Part shown: in pieces, positions 1 to 12,394 of the stretch
Position numbering within the stretch: position 1 is the first letter of the stretch
How the letters are laid out: each line of letters opens with the position of its first letter
DNA from: Cyanophora paradoxa CCMP329
Taxonomy: Eukaryota; Plantae; Glaucophyta
DNA length: 64,000 nt
Reading direction: 5' to 3'
NCBI GenBank assembly: GCA_004431415.1
Contig: QPMI01000535.1
Location: forward strand, 434,001 to 498,000
The notes under the pieces: model-generated
Database searches by the model: none
Told to the model about the DNA's origin: nothing
What the model saw: the letters and a program-made list of their open reading frames with translations, nothing else
Made by a program: the position numbers and the translations under genes

Positions 1-147
1 TGTAAGACTGGGCCCAAGCTTTAAGTTTCTACCCCCTTCTTGAGCCGGCTCGAGCCGCGGCTAGCGGGCTTAGTCCGCCGGGCTACTAGTAGAGCCTGTT
101 GCTAGTAGCGGCTCGAGGCCCTGAGCAGCCTCAGAGCAGGCTAGCGC

Positions 148-899
148 TGCCGGCGCCGGCTGCCGTGCCACGGTGGGGCCGGGCCGGCGCCGTGGCCAGA
201 GTTCCAAAATTTTTTGTGGGCCCAGGAGACCCCCAAAAAATTTTAAAACTTTTTAAACATTTTTGAAAAATTTCTCAAAAATTTTTGCCATACAAACGAG
301 AAGGCACGTTCCAGAGGCGCGCAAACGCGCTCTAAACGTGCTCTTAAGGTCCTCTTAACATTCTTGTAGCATGGGAAGTGGTCAGAAGTTTTATTTCGAG
401 CCCATTTGGGCGAAGGCACACTCATGAATTTCCTAGGGCTCGCCAGGGGTACAGTGAGGTCTGACCCTTATCGACGTGCAGAGTGCCCCTATCGCATTGC
501 TTATCGCTTAAACTTCATTATACATGCAAGAGATACGTATAGGAAGCTTATTACGACGTGTTCTGCACGAGAAAAGGGCCCCCCGAATATTTTCTCGAGC
601 AAAATTTTTTGAGCGTCCAGCCGAGACCAAAAAATTTTGCAAAAATTTTACAAAAAATTTTGTTTTATTTTTCGAAAAATGTTTCGGCCGGAACCCTGGC
701 CGTGGCCATGTGCCATGTGGCACCTCAGCCGCACCTGTCACCTGTACATGTGCTGCTGAGGCTGTGCATGTGACAGCCTCTGACAGGCACTGACAGGCTG
801 TGCACGTGCCCACGCCGGCCCCACCGGCCCCCACGGTGGCAGGCTCTGCCAGCTGCAGGCTGCAGCTGGCCGGCCCAGCTGCCTCAGTTCCGGCGCCGG
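148..899. mobile_element. Putative non-autonomous foldback/MITE-like or structural element with A/T-tract dyads
   Basis: Degenerate inverted arms in mirrored order (GGCCAGAGTTCC 194-205 vs GGAACCCTGGCC 690-701; 168-190 vs ~813-839; 148-158 vs ~889-899). Two copies of the dyad CAAAATTTTTTG-N16/17-CAAAAAATTTT (205-244, 600-639). No credible ORF and no TSD identified. Confidence 0.4.
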
Positions 900-1212
900 C
901 GCAGTGCCATGTTGCACGCGTACAGCGGCGGCTGCGGCGCACTAGTACGTACTGAGTATACGTACGCGTACGGGGCCGGCGGCGGGTTAAGGTTTTAGCC
1001 TACCCTGCCAGAAAGCTCTCATTAGCGCCGGGAGCTCCAGATCTCCCGCGACATCGCATCCCGAGTCCCGACTCGGACGTGGACAGCTGACGCGGCGACA
1101 GCAGCAGCTGCACAGCAGCGAAAGCTCGCTGCGAGGCCGCGAGGAAGGTTAACGAAAGCGAAGGCCAGCACGCTCGGCTGGTTCGTGACCCGTGTCAGCC
1201 GGTCGTCGTGCG

Positions 1213-4200
1213 ATGAATGCGAGCGCCCCGACAGCCGACCGCGCTCAGTGCCGGTGCGTTCAGTGCGTCAGGCGCGGGTGGATCATTGCGTATGCCGCCT
1301 AATCGAGCGCGCTCAGGTATTTCGTGCTGGGAAGGTGTACATGGGGTGAGCCGCGGCCGGTCGCCGGATCCGATAGCAACGACACGCAACCGCACGCGCT
1401 CATTGTGCGATTGCAGGGACCACATGCAAGTTCTCGCACGACGGCAGCGCGGAAGTCGGCGCCGCGATGGTTGGCGCTTTCGGCAGACCACTTGGGCCGG
1501 GGCGGCCTATGTGCCGCTTGTTCCAGCGAGGGGCTTGCCATTACGCTCAGGTTCGCTTTCGACGTGCATCTGCTTCACGAATGGCACGTGGGAACCGCGC
1601 GTCTCACGCGTGCGTTCGTGCGCAGTGCAAGTTCAGCCACGGCGAGGACGAGGGAGCAGCTGGCGGCGGCATGCAGGCATATGCATTCCCCTATCCCGGC
1701 ATCGTGCAGCAGGGATACATTTACCCCCAGCTGGACGGGACAGCGGGCGTCGTCGTGACGAACGATCCCGCCGAGTACCACAGCCAGGGCTCGTGGCAGC
1801 AGGCGCAGCCGCAACAGCAGCAACAGCAGCAGCAGCAGCAGCAGCAGCAAGTGCAGCTGCAGGGGCATGCGATGGCGCCCGGGAGCTCGCCGGACCCGAG
1901 GCTCGTCTCTCAGATCCACATGCAGCACCCGCAGGCACTGCACACGCAAGGCCAGCCCCCGCAACTGCAGGGGCACGCCCAGCCGCAGCCGGGCCCTTCG
2001 GGCCTCGCTTTCCCCACCCAGTCCCACCTCCCTCCGGTGCAATCCGTGTCCCCTCCCCCCCGGCCTGGCCAGCAGCAGCAGCAGCAGCAGCAGCTCGCGC
2101 TCTCTCGAACGCCCCCGCAGCAGCTACAACAGGCACCTGCCCCGCCCCCACTGCGACAGTCGCCGCCTCCTCAGCAGGGATCAACTCCAGTGCCTCAGCA
2201 CGTTGCCGCTCAAGGGGCGAGCCTGTCGGGATCTGGTGGGAGCGCCTCCAATGGCGCGGAGCAGGAAGTGTGCAGGTCCGTGCGGGCTCGCCAAGGGGCA
2301 GTCTCTGCGTCTCGTCGATCGCCCCTCACAAACACCCGTACCGCAGGTATTACCAGCGCACAGGCCGCTGCAAGTATGGGCAGGCCTGTAACTTAGTAAG
2401 GTGAGCGCACGCGTGTTCTACCGTGTTCTCCGTGCCTATACGTACCAGTCACTTGGACGGAATCTCGATCTCGGGCTCTAGACGGTTATACATTCACGGC
2501 CGGCACTCCTTATTTTCATTCCCAATCGTACCGATCGCGATAAACACCCCCACTATATATATCCACGGCCGTAGAGCGTCGTGATGACGCGTTGCGGCAG
2601 TTTATCCACGACTACTCGCCAAGCGCTGCGGGCGGCGGCGGCGGCGGCGGCGGCGCGGGACCGGGACCGGGCCTCGTGCAGGCGGCCCCGATGAGCCACT
2701 TCGCGACGGCGATACCGATCGACCCGGAGTCCTACCGCATCCTGCAGGCGGGGGGGTCCATCCCCGTGGCCCTCCCCGCGATGGCGGCCGGCGTCCACCA
2801 CGCGGCCCTGGGCGGCGTGCACGCGCACCCGCACGGCCTGGTCGTCCAAGGCCATGGCCACGGACAGGGCGGCCCCGCGGACATGCCCGGCGTGGCACCG
2901 CTGCCCATGGCCGCCGCCTACACCGTGGCGTACAGGCAGCATCAGGCGATGCCGCCCGCCGCCGGCATGACGCAGCAGCAGGCCGCGCAGGTTCGTAGCT
3001 TCGTGGTCGTGCACACGAGATCTTTGCGCGGCGGATCGCCCACGAGAACGTTGCTGCAGCTGATCGAGCTGCCTCGCGCGCGCAGATGGCCGCACTGTAC
3101 CGGCAGCACCAGATGCAGCAACAGCACGCGCAGGTGCGAGTCGAAGCGGCTTAAGAGAAACGTTAAACATGACCGGCTGGAGTGCTAGCTCGCGTATATG
3201 TCCCACGCCAGCGACTTGCGCCGGCGTCTCCCGTTCGAGACATCGCGATCGATACTGAGCGCAAGCCTCGCGTCACCCGCGCGCGCAGATGGCCCAGCTG
3301 CAGCACCAGCAGTTGCAGATGATGCAGCAACGCAACTCGCAGCGCCAATCGCCCCACGGCCACGGCCCGCCCGCCTCCCAGGTGCGCCAGTATATATACC
3401 AGTGGCTCGAGAATCGCGATCGGGGCCCGTGCGCCGAAACCTTTTAATCCCCTTAAGGGGTGCACCCCGAGGGCTCTGCCAGTTATATATAGAGCGCTGC
3501 CCTCCGGAACCGCTGCCCCTGTGGACTAGCTATAGATTCAAAGCTGCCCTGTTGACTAGATTCCAAGTTGAGCTGTAGATCTGATATCTACACCTGCATA
3601 AAGAGTCCAATCGATGATGGCGTCGATTCGACTGTCGAGACGCTTTAGCGATAAACGGAATCCTCGCCTCAACGGGATATCGTAATTATTCAACGAGTTA
3701 AGCTTGATCGATCCGCCAAATGTTGGCGAGCTCATCGAAAACAAGCAATAGTGGGCATGATCCTAGGTTCCCCCTGCTGCAGTTGGTAGGGTCTTGCGCG
3801 GCTGTTCACATAACATGGAGATCTAGACCTAGATCTAGATCTAGATCTAGATCTAGAGGGCCGAAAGGTGGAGCAGCCTAGGCCTGGCGATCCTCGCGAT
3901 CGTCCCGCACTGACGGGCGAGGTCGATGCGCGCGCAGCACCTGCCTAGCAACACCAACGCGACGGCTGCGAAGGAGGCGACCAACTCTTCCGGCTACGGC
4001 CAGGTTCGCCCGATCGCGGTCCGCGGCCCGCGACCGCTAACGGCTCCTGGGCTGCGCTTGCGCGTGAAGTGCTGGGCCGGGGCCCGGGCGTCGGGGAGGT
4101 TCCCCACCCGCTTCCGGCGCCGGCGCCGTTGACGCCAATAAAGTTAGAAGGAAGACACGACGATATATCCATGCATATATATATGCGCTGCCTGTCGGGT

Positions 4201-4345
4201 TCGGTTCGCATTCACGCGTTCCGTTGACGCCGGCGCCATGCAGGCGGTGGGGGCGGACATGGGCCACGCGAACGGCAACGGCGACGCCGGATCCGATGGG
4301 TCCGTCGAGGCGCTGGCGTACGGGATGCAGCAGCTCCAGACCTGA
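1213..4345 (+). CDS. CCCH zinc-finger protein (3 fingers, Gln-rich), multi-exon
   Basis: Spliced translation gives MNASAPTADRAQCR|YFVLGRCTWG|TTCKFSH, CRLFQRGACHYAQ|CKFSH and EVCR|YYQRTGRCKYGQACN(L)|FIH, plus polyQ tracts. Last exon ends EALAYGMQQLQT* at 4345. Confidence 0.85.
3819..3857. repeat. Self-complementary (CTAGAT)n microsatellite in an intron
   Basis: AGATCTAGACCTAGATCTAGATCTAGATCTAGATCTAGA read directly. Confidence 0.9.
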
Positions 4346-5085
4346 CCGCGACGGACGCGGCGGCTCGTTATCGGCCCGGACCGCGACGAGAGGTGCCGCC
4401 TTCTTTCCTCCTTTCGTCCTTTCTTTTCTTTTTTCTGAGCCCACATGCCCGACCATGAAATACCAGCACCTGACCGAAGTTTTTCTTTCGCGCAGGCGAA
4501 ACGTCGATGCTCCTTGCCAAGTTGAAGGACCGGAGACCTTATTTCTTCCTTTTTTCAGCTAATCCATATCCGGACTTCCCTATTGTTCCAGTCTTCATTA
4601 TTCTTCACTCTTTTGCACTCTCTCTTCCACACCTTTCCTCGAAATCTCTCATACCCCTTTCGAAATCTCCTTCCGTGCACGCTCCGAGGCTCGCCCGTGA
4701 TGATTTTGACCACGGGCTTTTTCTATTTCTATATCTGCGAGTTCGATTCGGCGCGCCGTTTGGAGGGATCGGAGAGCTGGCAGCCCACTGAGCCTTTTAG
4801 CTTATATTATGCACATCAACGTGTACTTTCAGCAGGCGTGCATCGATGTCGATCATCGGTGTTTCAGATCTACACTGACCCAATACTTGCTAATGATCTT
4901 AGCTTTGCTCGTTTCCAGCTAGAACGCAGGCAGACGTATGATCGGGACCCATGAAAAGGCATCATCAGCGCTAGCAGCTCCCTTAGCTTGCTCCTTTGTC
5001 TCGCTGATCGTAATATTAAGGCTCGGACTTATATAGCTAGCATATATATATTTCTGGACAGTAGTACAAATCATAATCATTGATC

Positions 5086-5292
5086 ATGAATATGCGCATA
5101 CCCGCGCTTTAGCGCAGTGGTATAAGGTCGTGCTACGACCTCCCGGATTCCCGGGTTCGGTTCCTGCTGTTTCCGCTACGTTGTACTTCGAATCCCTGTG
5201 ATTCCCGATACCGTGACTTGTATCCTCGTTGTGTACTACGAGTGGGCACGCCCACCGTAGATCTTTAAAAAAAAAAAAAATGAATATGCGCA
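5086..5292 (+). mobile_element. tRNA-derived SINE (~180 bp) with poly(A) tail and 13-bp target-site duplication
   Basis: TSD ATGAATATGCGCA at 5086-5098 and 5280-5292. A-box TAGCGCAGTGG 5110-5120; B-box-like GGTTCGGTTCC 5154-5164; 3' stem-loop 5236-5260; A14 at 5267-5280. Confidence 0.85.
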
Positions 5293-5685
5293 CCGTAATA
5301 TATTAATACCTTGGCAGTGCAGTATATACGATGGAGTGCACTACCGTAGTACGGTACATATTATTGCGAGTACGCGGTACTTCGAAAAATTCATCATAAT
5401 TATAAAACTAAAGCTACGTATATACATGTACATGGCCAGTGGCCACGCGCGGGCCGGGGCGGGAGGTGAATATTAATTATAATCTGCTCCGGGCGGATCC
5501 GAATTAAAGGTGCAGCTGCCCCGCGGCCGGTACCCGGTGACTCAGTGAGGGCGGGCGGGAGGTGATATATACGTTTACGGATAGACGTCGGCGCTGCTTT
5601 ACAAGCTATTCAAAGTAACTGTATCATATATATAGTGGGGTACAGCAAGCTGGAACGGCCGTCGGACTCGACACGTGCACGAGGG

Positions 5686-8600
5686 TCACTTCCACTTGCG
5701 GACGAGGCCGACCGAGACCTCCATCATGATCTCGGACTCGGCGGTCCGCCCGTGCCGCAGCCGCGCCGCCGCCGCGCTCCGCGGCGGCCGCCCCGTCGGC
5801 GAGCCCGCCCGCGGGGGCGAGCCCGGCGGGCTCGAGCTCCCCGGCTCCGAGGGGAGGGATCTGGAGAGGTCCGGCAGCGGCCGCGGCTGCGAGAGGCGCT
5901 CGAACCACCTGCGCGGCGCGGCGCGGGCTCGAACCCGCGCGGGGCCGGAGCAGCGAACAGAGAGGCGGGGGGGGGAGGGGGGGGGGGGGGGGGTGCTCCG
6001 CGCACCGCTTCGTGCGGCGCCCGTCGCCCTGCACGTACCCGGCCGCTATGAGGAGGTCGAGCGGGGCGAATCTGCGGTCCGCCCGATGAGCGGGCTGGAG
6101 CCGAGCAGGCTGCGGGCTGCGAGGAGGAGGCGGGAGAGAGGGCACCGCGGGGAGTCGAAGGTGAGGACGCCGGCGCCGGAGGGGTGCCTCAGGATGGGGG
6201 CCGACTGGGCGCGCGCGAGGGCGGCGGCGGAGGCGCCGGCGGAGGCGATGGAGCCGGAGGGCGACGGGAGGGGCGGCAGGCCCCCGGGCGAGGCCGGCGC
6301 GTTGAGGGCCGGGAGGCCGGCCGCCTGCTGGGGCGCCGGCGTCGGCGCCGGGCCGCCGCCGCCCCGCTCCAGGCCCAGGCCCGCCACCGACGTCCGCCGG
6401 CCCTTCCTCGTTCGCGCCATCTGGTGGATCGTGATCTGCCGCGCCCCCGGTGAGTGAGGGCGGCGCCCCGGCGGCCCCGGCCCCTCCCCTGCCCCCGGAT
6501 CCGGACCTGGGCGTCCGTAAACTGGAGGAGGGTACGCGCGCGCTCCTCGAACGTCGTCCGCGAACTCTCGTCGTGCACCACTGCGCCGAAAGTGAGGGGG
6601 GCGCGGGGAGGCGGCGCCGGCCCTTCGGGGGGCGCGCACTCCGCTCGAAGTCGAGCTTGGCGAGCTCGTAGACGTGCGTGCCCCGCATCGCGACGACCGT
6701 GGCCACGCGGCGCCCGCCGTACGCGAGGTACCTTCGAGCGCGCCCCGCGCGTCAGGGCGGCCGGCCCCGCCCGAGGGGGGTGGAGGGGGGGGGGGGGGAG
6801 GGGGATACGCGCACAGGGGGTCCCCGATGAGCTCCCCCGGCTCGACGGTCGTCACGAAGACGATGGACGGGTCCTGCGGGGGTCCGCGGTTTCTTGCAAG
6901 CCCCGAGGCGCCGGGGGAGGGGGGGGGAGGGTACGGCAGCAGACCTGGGCGAGCGCGGGGGGACCGCCGCCGGGTTCGGGGGCGGCGAGGGCCGTCTGCC
7001 GGCTGTCCGACGGCTTCCGCTGGCCCGTCTTCGGGTTCAACACCACCTGCCAGCGCCGGGCCCGCCCGGGATCGAACCCGCGCCACTAGGGGGGCGGGGA
7101 AGGGGGCGGGGCCGGACCTGGATGGCGCACTGGCCCGTCTTGACGATGAAAACGGGCCCGCAGTGATCCCCTTGCCTCATCAGCACTGCGCGGCGCGGGG
7201 TAGCGGAATCAAGGTGGAGCTGCGCAGCGGGGAAGGGGTACGCGGGCGCGCCTTGCCCGGGGAGGAACGAGCGCTGCTTAAGGAGGGGTAGCAGGCGCTC
7301 GAGCCTCCGGTCCGTCCAGTGCGACAGGAGCGGCACCTGTACCCCCCTCAAAGCTCAGCGGGATGGACGGGGACGGGGGAGGACAGGAGGGGTACGCGCG
7401 CCTTCTTCAGGAAGCCAAGGGCGCCCTTCAACTGGTACCTTGCGTCCGTCTGGGGGTTCGGCATGAGTTGGGGATCCTGGGAGGCGGTGGGTTCGGGGTA
7501 CGCGCCTGCGCGATGTCCTCGTACGCCCGCTTCTCGAGGAAGAGTACGTCGACGTTCTCGTTCGCGATGATTGCCGTCGGACGCGGCCGCGGGTTCATGA
7601 GGCACACTGTTGGGGGGGTAGGAGGTCAAGAAGCGGGGGAGGGGACGGGAGAGCTGCGGGGTACAGGGCCGCACCGAACCCGAAGGCGTCCCCCACCGAG
7701 AGCAGGGCGAGGAAGCGGAAGTCGCCCCCGGGTACGGCGTCTGCCGCCTGGGCCGCCCCCGCCATGTCCCCCAGCATCTGCCCGACTATAAGAAAAGGAA
7801 AGGAAAGAAAAGGAAGGGCGGGGGGCAGGGGGGGAGGGGGAGGGGGTACGCGCCTCGAGCCCCTTCTCGGCCGCCAGGTCCGTGACGACGTCGCGCGCGT
7901 ACGCCGAGAGCGACCCGTGCAGGACGATGTACACCCCGTCCTGCGCTCGCGGGCCGCGGGCTCGAATCCGGGCGGCGCGGGTTCCGGGGGTTTCTGATCG
8001 GGCATGGTGCGCACGGGTTCGTCGCCTGTGGAGTAGACGCGCTGTCCGCGGCGGTAGCGGCGCGCGCGGGCGACCTGCCGGCGGACGCTCTGCGGCGGCG
8101 GCGGGCGCTAGGGGAAGAGGGGGGGAGGGTGGGCGCGCCTGGCACATGCGGAGCATCATCTTCTCGCCGCGGCTGTGGAAGAGGCGGTAGGGGAGGAGCC
8201 AGCGGAGCACGCTCCGCAGCTCCTCCTCTTTGCGCTGGGGCGGCCTGCCCCGCCGGCGTCGGCGTCGGCGCCGGCCTCGGGCTGGTGGGGGGCGGGGGGC
8301 GGCGCGCACGGCTTGAGGAGTACGCGGCGCGTGGCCTCCCGCAGGTCGGCCGGCAGGCCCGTGATCGGCGTCGGCGTGAACCCCAGGTCCAGCTTCGCGA
8401 ACCCGTTCAGCTGCCTGCATGCGCCGAGTTTCCCTCTCCGCTCGCACGGGGCGGCGCCAGCGGCGGCGGGGCGGAGGGGGGAGGCCTGGGAGTGATTACC
8501 TCATGCGCTGCATCTTCCATAGCGCCGCGATGAAGACGCCCGAAATGATCCCGACGCTGCGCACAGACGCGCGGCATCAGACCGAGCGGTGTGGCGCGGC

Positions 8601-8868
8601 CGGGGCAGGCGGACCGAAAACGCTTGCGCGCCAGCGCCCTGCGCTCTTCCCACGCGCCGAAGAGAAAGGTGCTCCCCAAGCTGTAGGTACTAACTGGCCT
8701 CTGCGCACATGCCATCAGAAAAGGAAGCAAGGAAGGAAGGAAAGAAGCAAGTGGCACCGGCAGCACATCGTCGGCGTCTAGCTCGAGCACGTTTCTGCTT
8801 CTTATTGCCATAGATGTGTGCGAGGCGCTCCTGAGGAACGACGTGCTAGCTGGCGGGCCCGGCATCAT
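5686..8868 (-). CDS. Cyclic-nucleotide-binding domain protein (two cNMP-binding-like domains), multi-exon
   Basis: Exons translate to DGVYIVLHGSLSAY...LSVGDAFG...PRPTAIIANENVDVLFLEKRAY and VPLLSHW...VLMRQGDHCGPVFIVKTGQC...VEPGELIGD...RVATVVA...VYELAKLDF, typical CAP/cNMP beta-barrel motifs. Start and end codons inferred. Confidence 0.75.
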
Positions 8869-9029
8869 GGTGCTGCACGAGCTGCCTGACTATGGACACT
8901 TCTCCAGCCGCATGCAGACCCTCTAGATCTGCTGCACGCGCCGCTCGGTGCTTACGCAAAGCTAAAGACGGCCGTGCCGAGCCGCTTCTCGAGCCGCATG
9001 CTGGGCTCCTCTCAGCTATCTACGCGCGT

Positions 9030-9111
9030 GCGGCAAGACCGCCAGTGACTTGCAGGAAAGTGGCCGCAGCGGCAAGTGACCCGCAAGTCGCGGCAAGTCA
9101 CCGCCGCAAGT
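9030..9111. promoter_or_regulatory. Cluster of GCAAGT motifs in a divergent promoter
   Basis: GCAAGT at 9072, 9083, 9093 and 9106, an inverted copy at 9048-9053 and GCAAGA at 9033, all between divergent ATGs 8868 and 9309. Confidence 0.4.
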
Positions 9112-9308
9112 GTCAGGGTAGGGTACAATCTCAAAGGAGCGGACGGTAAAAAAAGAGCAGCCAAAAGTCGACAGCGCTGTCGGTCTTTAGTCTGCGCACC
9201 GGATTCAGCACAGCACGGACCTGCAGTAGCGTACCGCCCGCAGCCAGGAAGGTTCCAGCAGCGTCCTGATCTGGCCGGGAACTTGTGGGGCGGACGGCCT
9301 GAGGCAGG

Positions 9309-11938
9309 ATGAGCCGCCACGGTGGGCTGGATGGGAGCCCTTCCGTTGACGTGGAGAGTCCCGGGAACCCTCAGCTGCGGCTTTCTCTCTCCGCCCTTGG
9401 CCCGACCACCCACCCCGATACCGTTCGAAATGGAAGCAGCAGCAGACTCAGCAGCAACAGATTGCGCCAACGGGAGGGCGTCACGCTCCCCTTGTCTAAG
9501 CCCCAGAAGCCACCGTCCGTAGAGGAGCTTCAGACTGAGCGCCCGCCCTCCTTCTCGCTGCACACGCCATCTCGGGATAGCGCGGACATTGCCCGCAATC
9601 AAGGAGCAGCCGCAGTGAAGCCCCCCCGCGCGCACGACGGCCCTGTAGAGCTGGCAGCCGGGGATGTGCCCTCGATCCCGGACTCCGGCTCGGGCCACAA
9701 AGGCCGCAGCTTCCTGGGCAAGCTCTTCGGGCGGAAGAAGGAAGATTCCTCTGCGCCCACGACGCCGGAGAAGCAGGCGCCGCACCGCTCCGCCGCGGAG
9801 CTGCTGTGCACGCCATCGTCACTGCGCTCGGAGGAGCTATCCGACGGCACGCATGAGCTCTCGCCGCCGGAGTCTCTACCGCGGCCTTCCCTGCCGCGCT
9901 CGGCGACCGGCAGCGGCGACACGCCGACGCCGAAGCGGTCGCTCTTCTCCGTTCGGCCGCGCAGCAGCAAGTCGTCCTCCGCCTCCGCCGCGCCCCCGCG
10001 CGACACATCCCCGGACAACTCCAGATGGGCGTCGCCGCCTCCGGCGAGCCGCTCACCTCCGCCCCCGCCGCCAGCCCCGGCGGCGCCGCGGCCGGGCGGC
10101 ATCCAGGCCCGCGCGATGGCCGCCCGCGCAGCCTTCTCCAAGTCACATTCCCACTCCGTCGCTCCGGTTCCTCCCAGCCCGCCGAGCCCGTCGGGTCCCG
10201 CCCCCGCCCCGCCCGCCGCCGCGCACCCGATGTTCATCCCGACGCCCTCGCGCCCCGTGGCCCTCGCCCAGCCCGCCCCGCCCGCCTCTCCCGCTACCAT
10301 CTCCCCGCCGCCTCCGCCGCCGCCCGTCTCCACATCCCGCCCCTCCTCCGCCTCCGGCAGCGAGGCGGGCGGCCCGCCGCCGCCGAGCGAGCCGCGCCCC
10401 GAGAACCAGCCGCGGCGCATCCAGGCCGGCGGCGCCTCCCCCGCGGCCTCGTGCGCGTCGGACACGCGACCGTCCTCCGCCTCCAGCTCCGCCGGCTCGT
10501 ACCTCGCCTCCTCCTCCTCCAATGGCTCCCTCCTCTCCGCCTTCGGCCGCCAGGTGCCCTCCGCCCCCGCGCACCCCCGCCCTCTCCTCCGCCCTTCCCC
10601 CGCGGCCACTCACGGGCGGCCCCGCCGGCGCAGCGCTCGTCGGACGCGCTGCGGGCGCAGGACCCGCCGGAGCCGGCGCCGGAGCTGCCGCCGCCCTCGC
10701 GCCCGTCGAGCTCGGGGCGGAAGAGCGCCGGGACCGCAGCGACCGGGGAGGGGCCCGGCGCCCGAGTTCGCGGCGGCGCTCGCGCCGGTGCTGGCCGAGC
10801 GGAAGGCGGCGGATCCCAGACCGCAGGCGGCGGCGGCGGCGCCGAGGGCGCGGAGCCGGCCGAGCCGCTCCAGCCGCAGGCGCGCCCGCAGCAGCAGCAG
10901 CCGCTCCAGCCGCCGCCGCAGCCGCAGCAGCGCCCGGCGAGCGCGGGGCGGGCCTCTGGCTCCCTCGTCGGCGCCGGCGTGGGCCTCGACCTCTACGACA
11001 TCGCCGAGGGCGAGAACGAGGGCGTCTGTACCCCGGAGAACGGCCACTCCACCCCCGTCGTGCACGCCCCGCCCGCGGCGGCGGCCCCGGCACCGCAGCG
11101 GCGGCTGCCGGCGGCGGCCGTCCGGTCGGCGTTCGCAGAGGAGGAGGAGGACATCGAGAACGCGGCGCCGCCGGCCCCTCCGCGGCAGCCCCAGCAGCAG
11201 CAGCAGCCGCCGCGGGGCTCCCAGCCAAGGGGCGGCCCGCGGAGCAGACTGCGCCCGCGCCCGCGTCGGCGGGGCGGGAGCCGCCGGCGTCGCGGCTCAA
11301 GGCAGGCGGCGTGGGCGCCCCCGACGTGGCGGCCTTCGTGGTGCCGCCGGCCGGCCGCATGGGCCGCGCCGCGGTGCAGCAGGCGGCGGCGCAGCAGTAT
11401 GCGGCGCAGCGGGCGCAGCAGCAGTACGGCGGGGGTGCGAAGGTCGGCGGGGGCGAGTGGATGGTGATCGACGAGGCGCAGCGCGGCGCCGACTACGACA
11501 CGGACGTGCGGCTCCTCGCCCTCCACCTCGGCATCGACGAGGAGGACATCTCGGAGGTCCCTTCCTCCTCTCTTTCTCTCTTTCCTTCCTTCTTGTTCCT
11601 TACCGTCGGGGCTCCCCGCAGTACGGGTGGATCGCCGAGCAGGCGGCGAACGCCCCGCTGCCCTCGGGCTGGACCGAGCACGACGACGGGGCCGGCAACA
11701 TCTACTTCTGTCCGCGCGGCCCCGCTCTATACTCCCCTCCTCCAAGGCTGACCGGGCGCCCCGCCTTCCCCCGCGCGTGCGCGCAGACTGCTGGGAGACG
11801 GACGAGAGCAGCTGGGCGCACCCGTCCGAGGACTACTACCGGCAGCTCTACGTCAACCTGCGCCGCCTCGGCAGCGGCTCTGCCGGCCGCCGCGCGCCCG
11901 CGCCCGCCGCCCCGCCCCGCGCCGGCGGCGGCTGGTAG
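9309..11938 (+). CDS. Pro/Ser-rich protein with C-terminal CEP164-like WW domain
   Basis: Long low-complexity N-terminus. Spliced C-terminus ALHLGIDEEDISE|YGWIAEQAANAPLPSGWTEHDDGAGNIYF|YCWETDESSWAHPSEDYYRQLY matches the CEP164-type WW region. Confidence 0.75.
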
Positions 11939-12394
11939 ACGGCCCCGCGCCTTAAGTTTCCTCGTCCCGCACATCACCCCCGCTGGCTTCTGCAGCGTCT
12001 ATGTTAGCATCTCTAGTTTGTACAATCGTGCTTCTTTACGAGTGGTATTCGAGCGCAGTGCTTTGTTTCAATCTATCCGTGTATTCGCTATCTCATTCTG
12101 CTTGTCTGAGATGTTGGTATTTCAGTGAGAAATCGAAACTTCTTAGTCGCGTAAGCATACGTTGCCTTTCGAGGCGCCGCGCGCCAAGCCAGGTCGACAT
12201 TATGACGAGAGACCGGTTTGGTATACGTACCGGTACCGCATCAGATTTGATCGGAGCTACGAGGGCAGCTCCAAGGCGAATTTGATCCGCAGAGTCAACG
12301 TACGCGTCGACGTCACAGAGCCCGTCTAGCTATAGATCTCATCTGCAGCAGCCGCAGGCCGGCTGGCCGCAGGTGAAGATCGGCCGCGATATCG

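Noticed and set aside
5099-5175. Functional tRNA gene
   Set aside because: A- and B-box-like motifs are present, but there is no proper acceptor stem or 7-nt anticodon loop; the TSD and poly(A) indicate a SINE.
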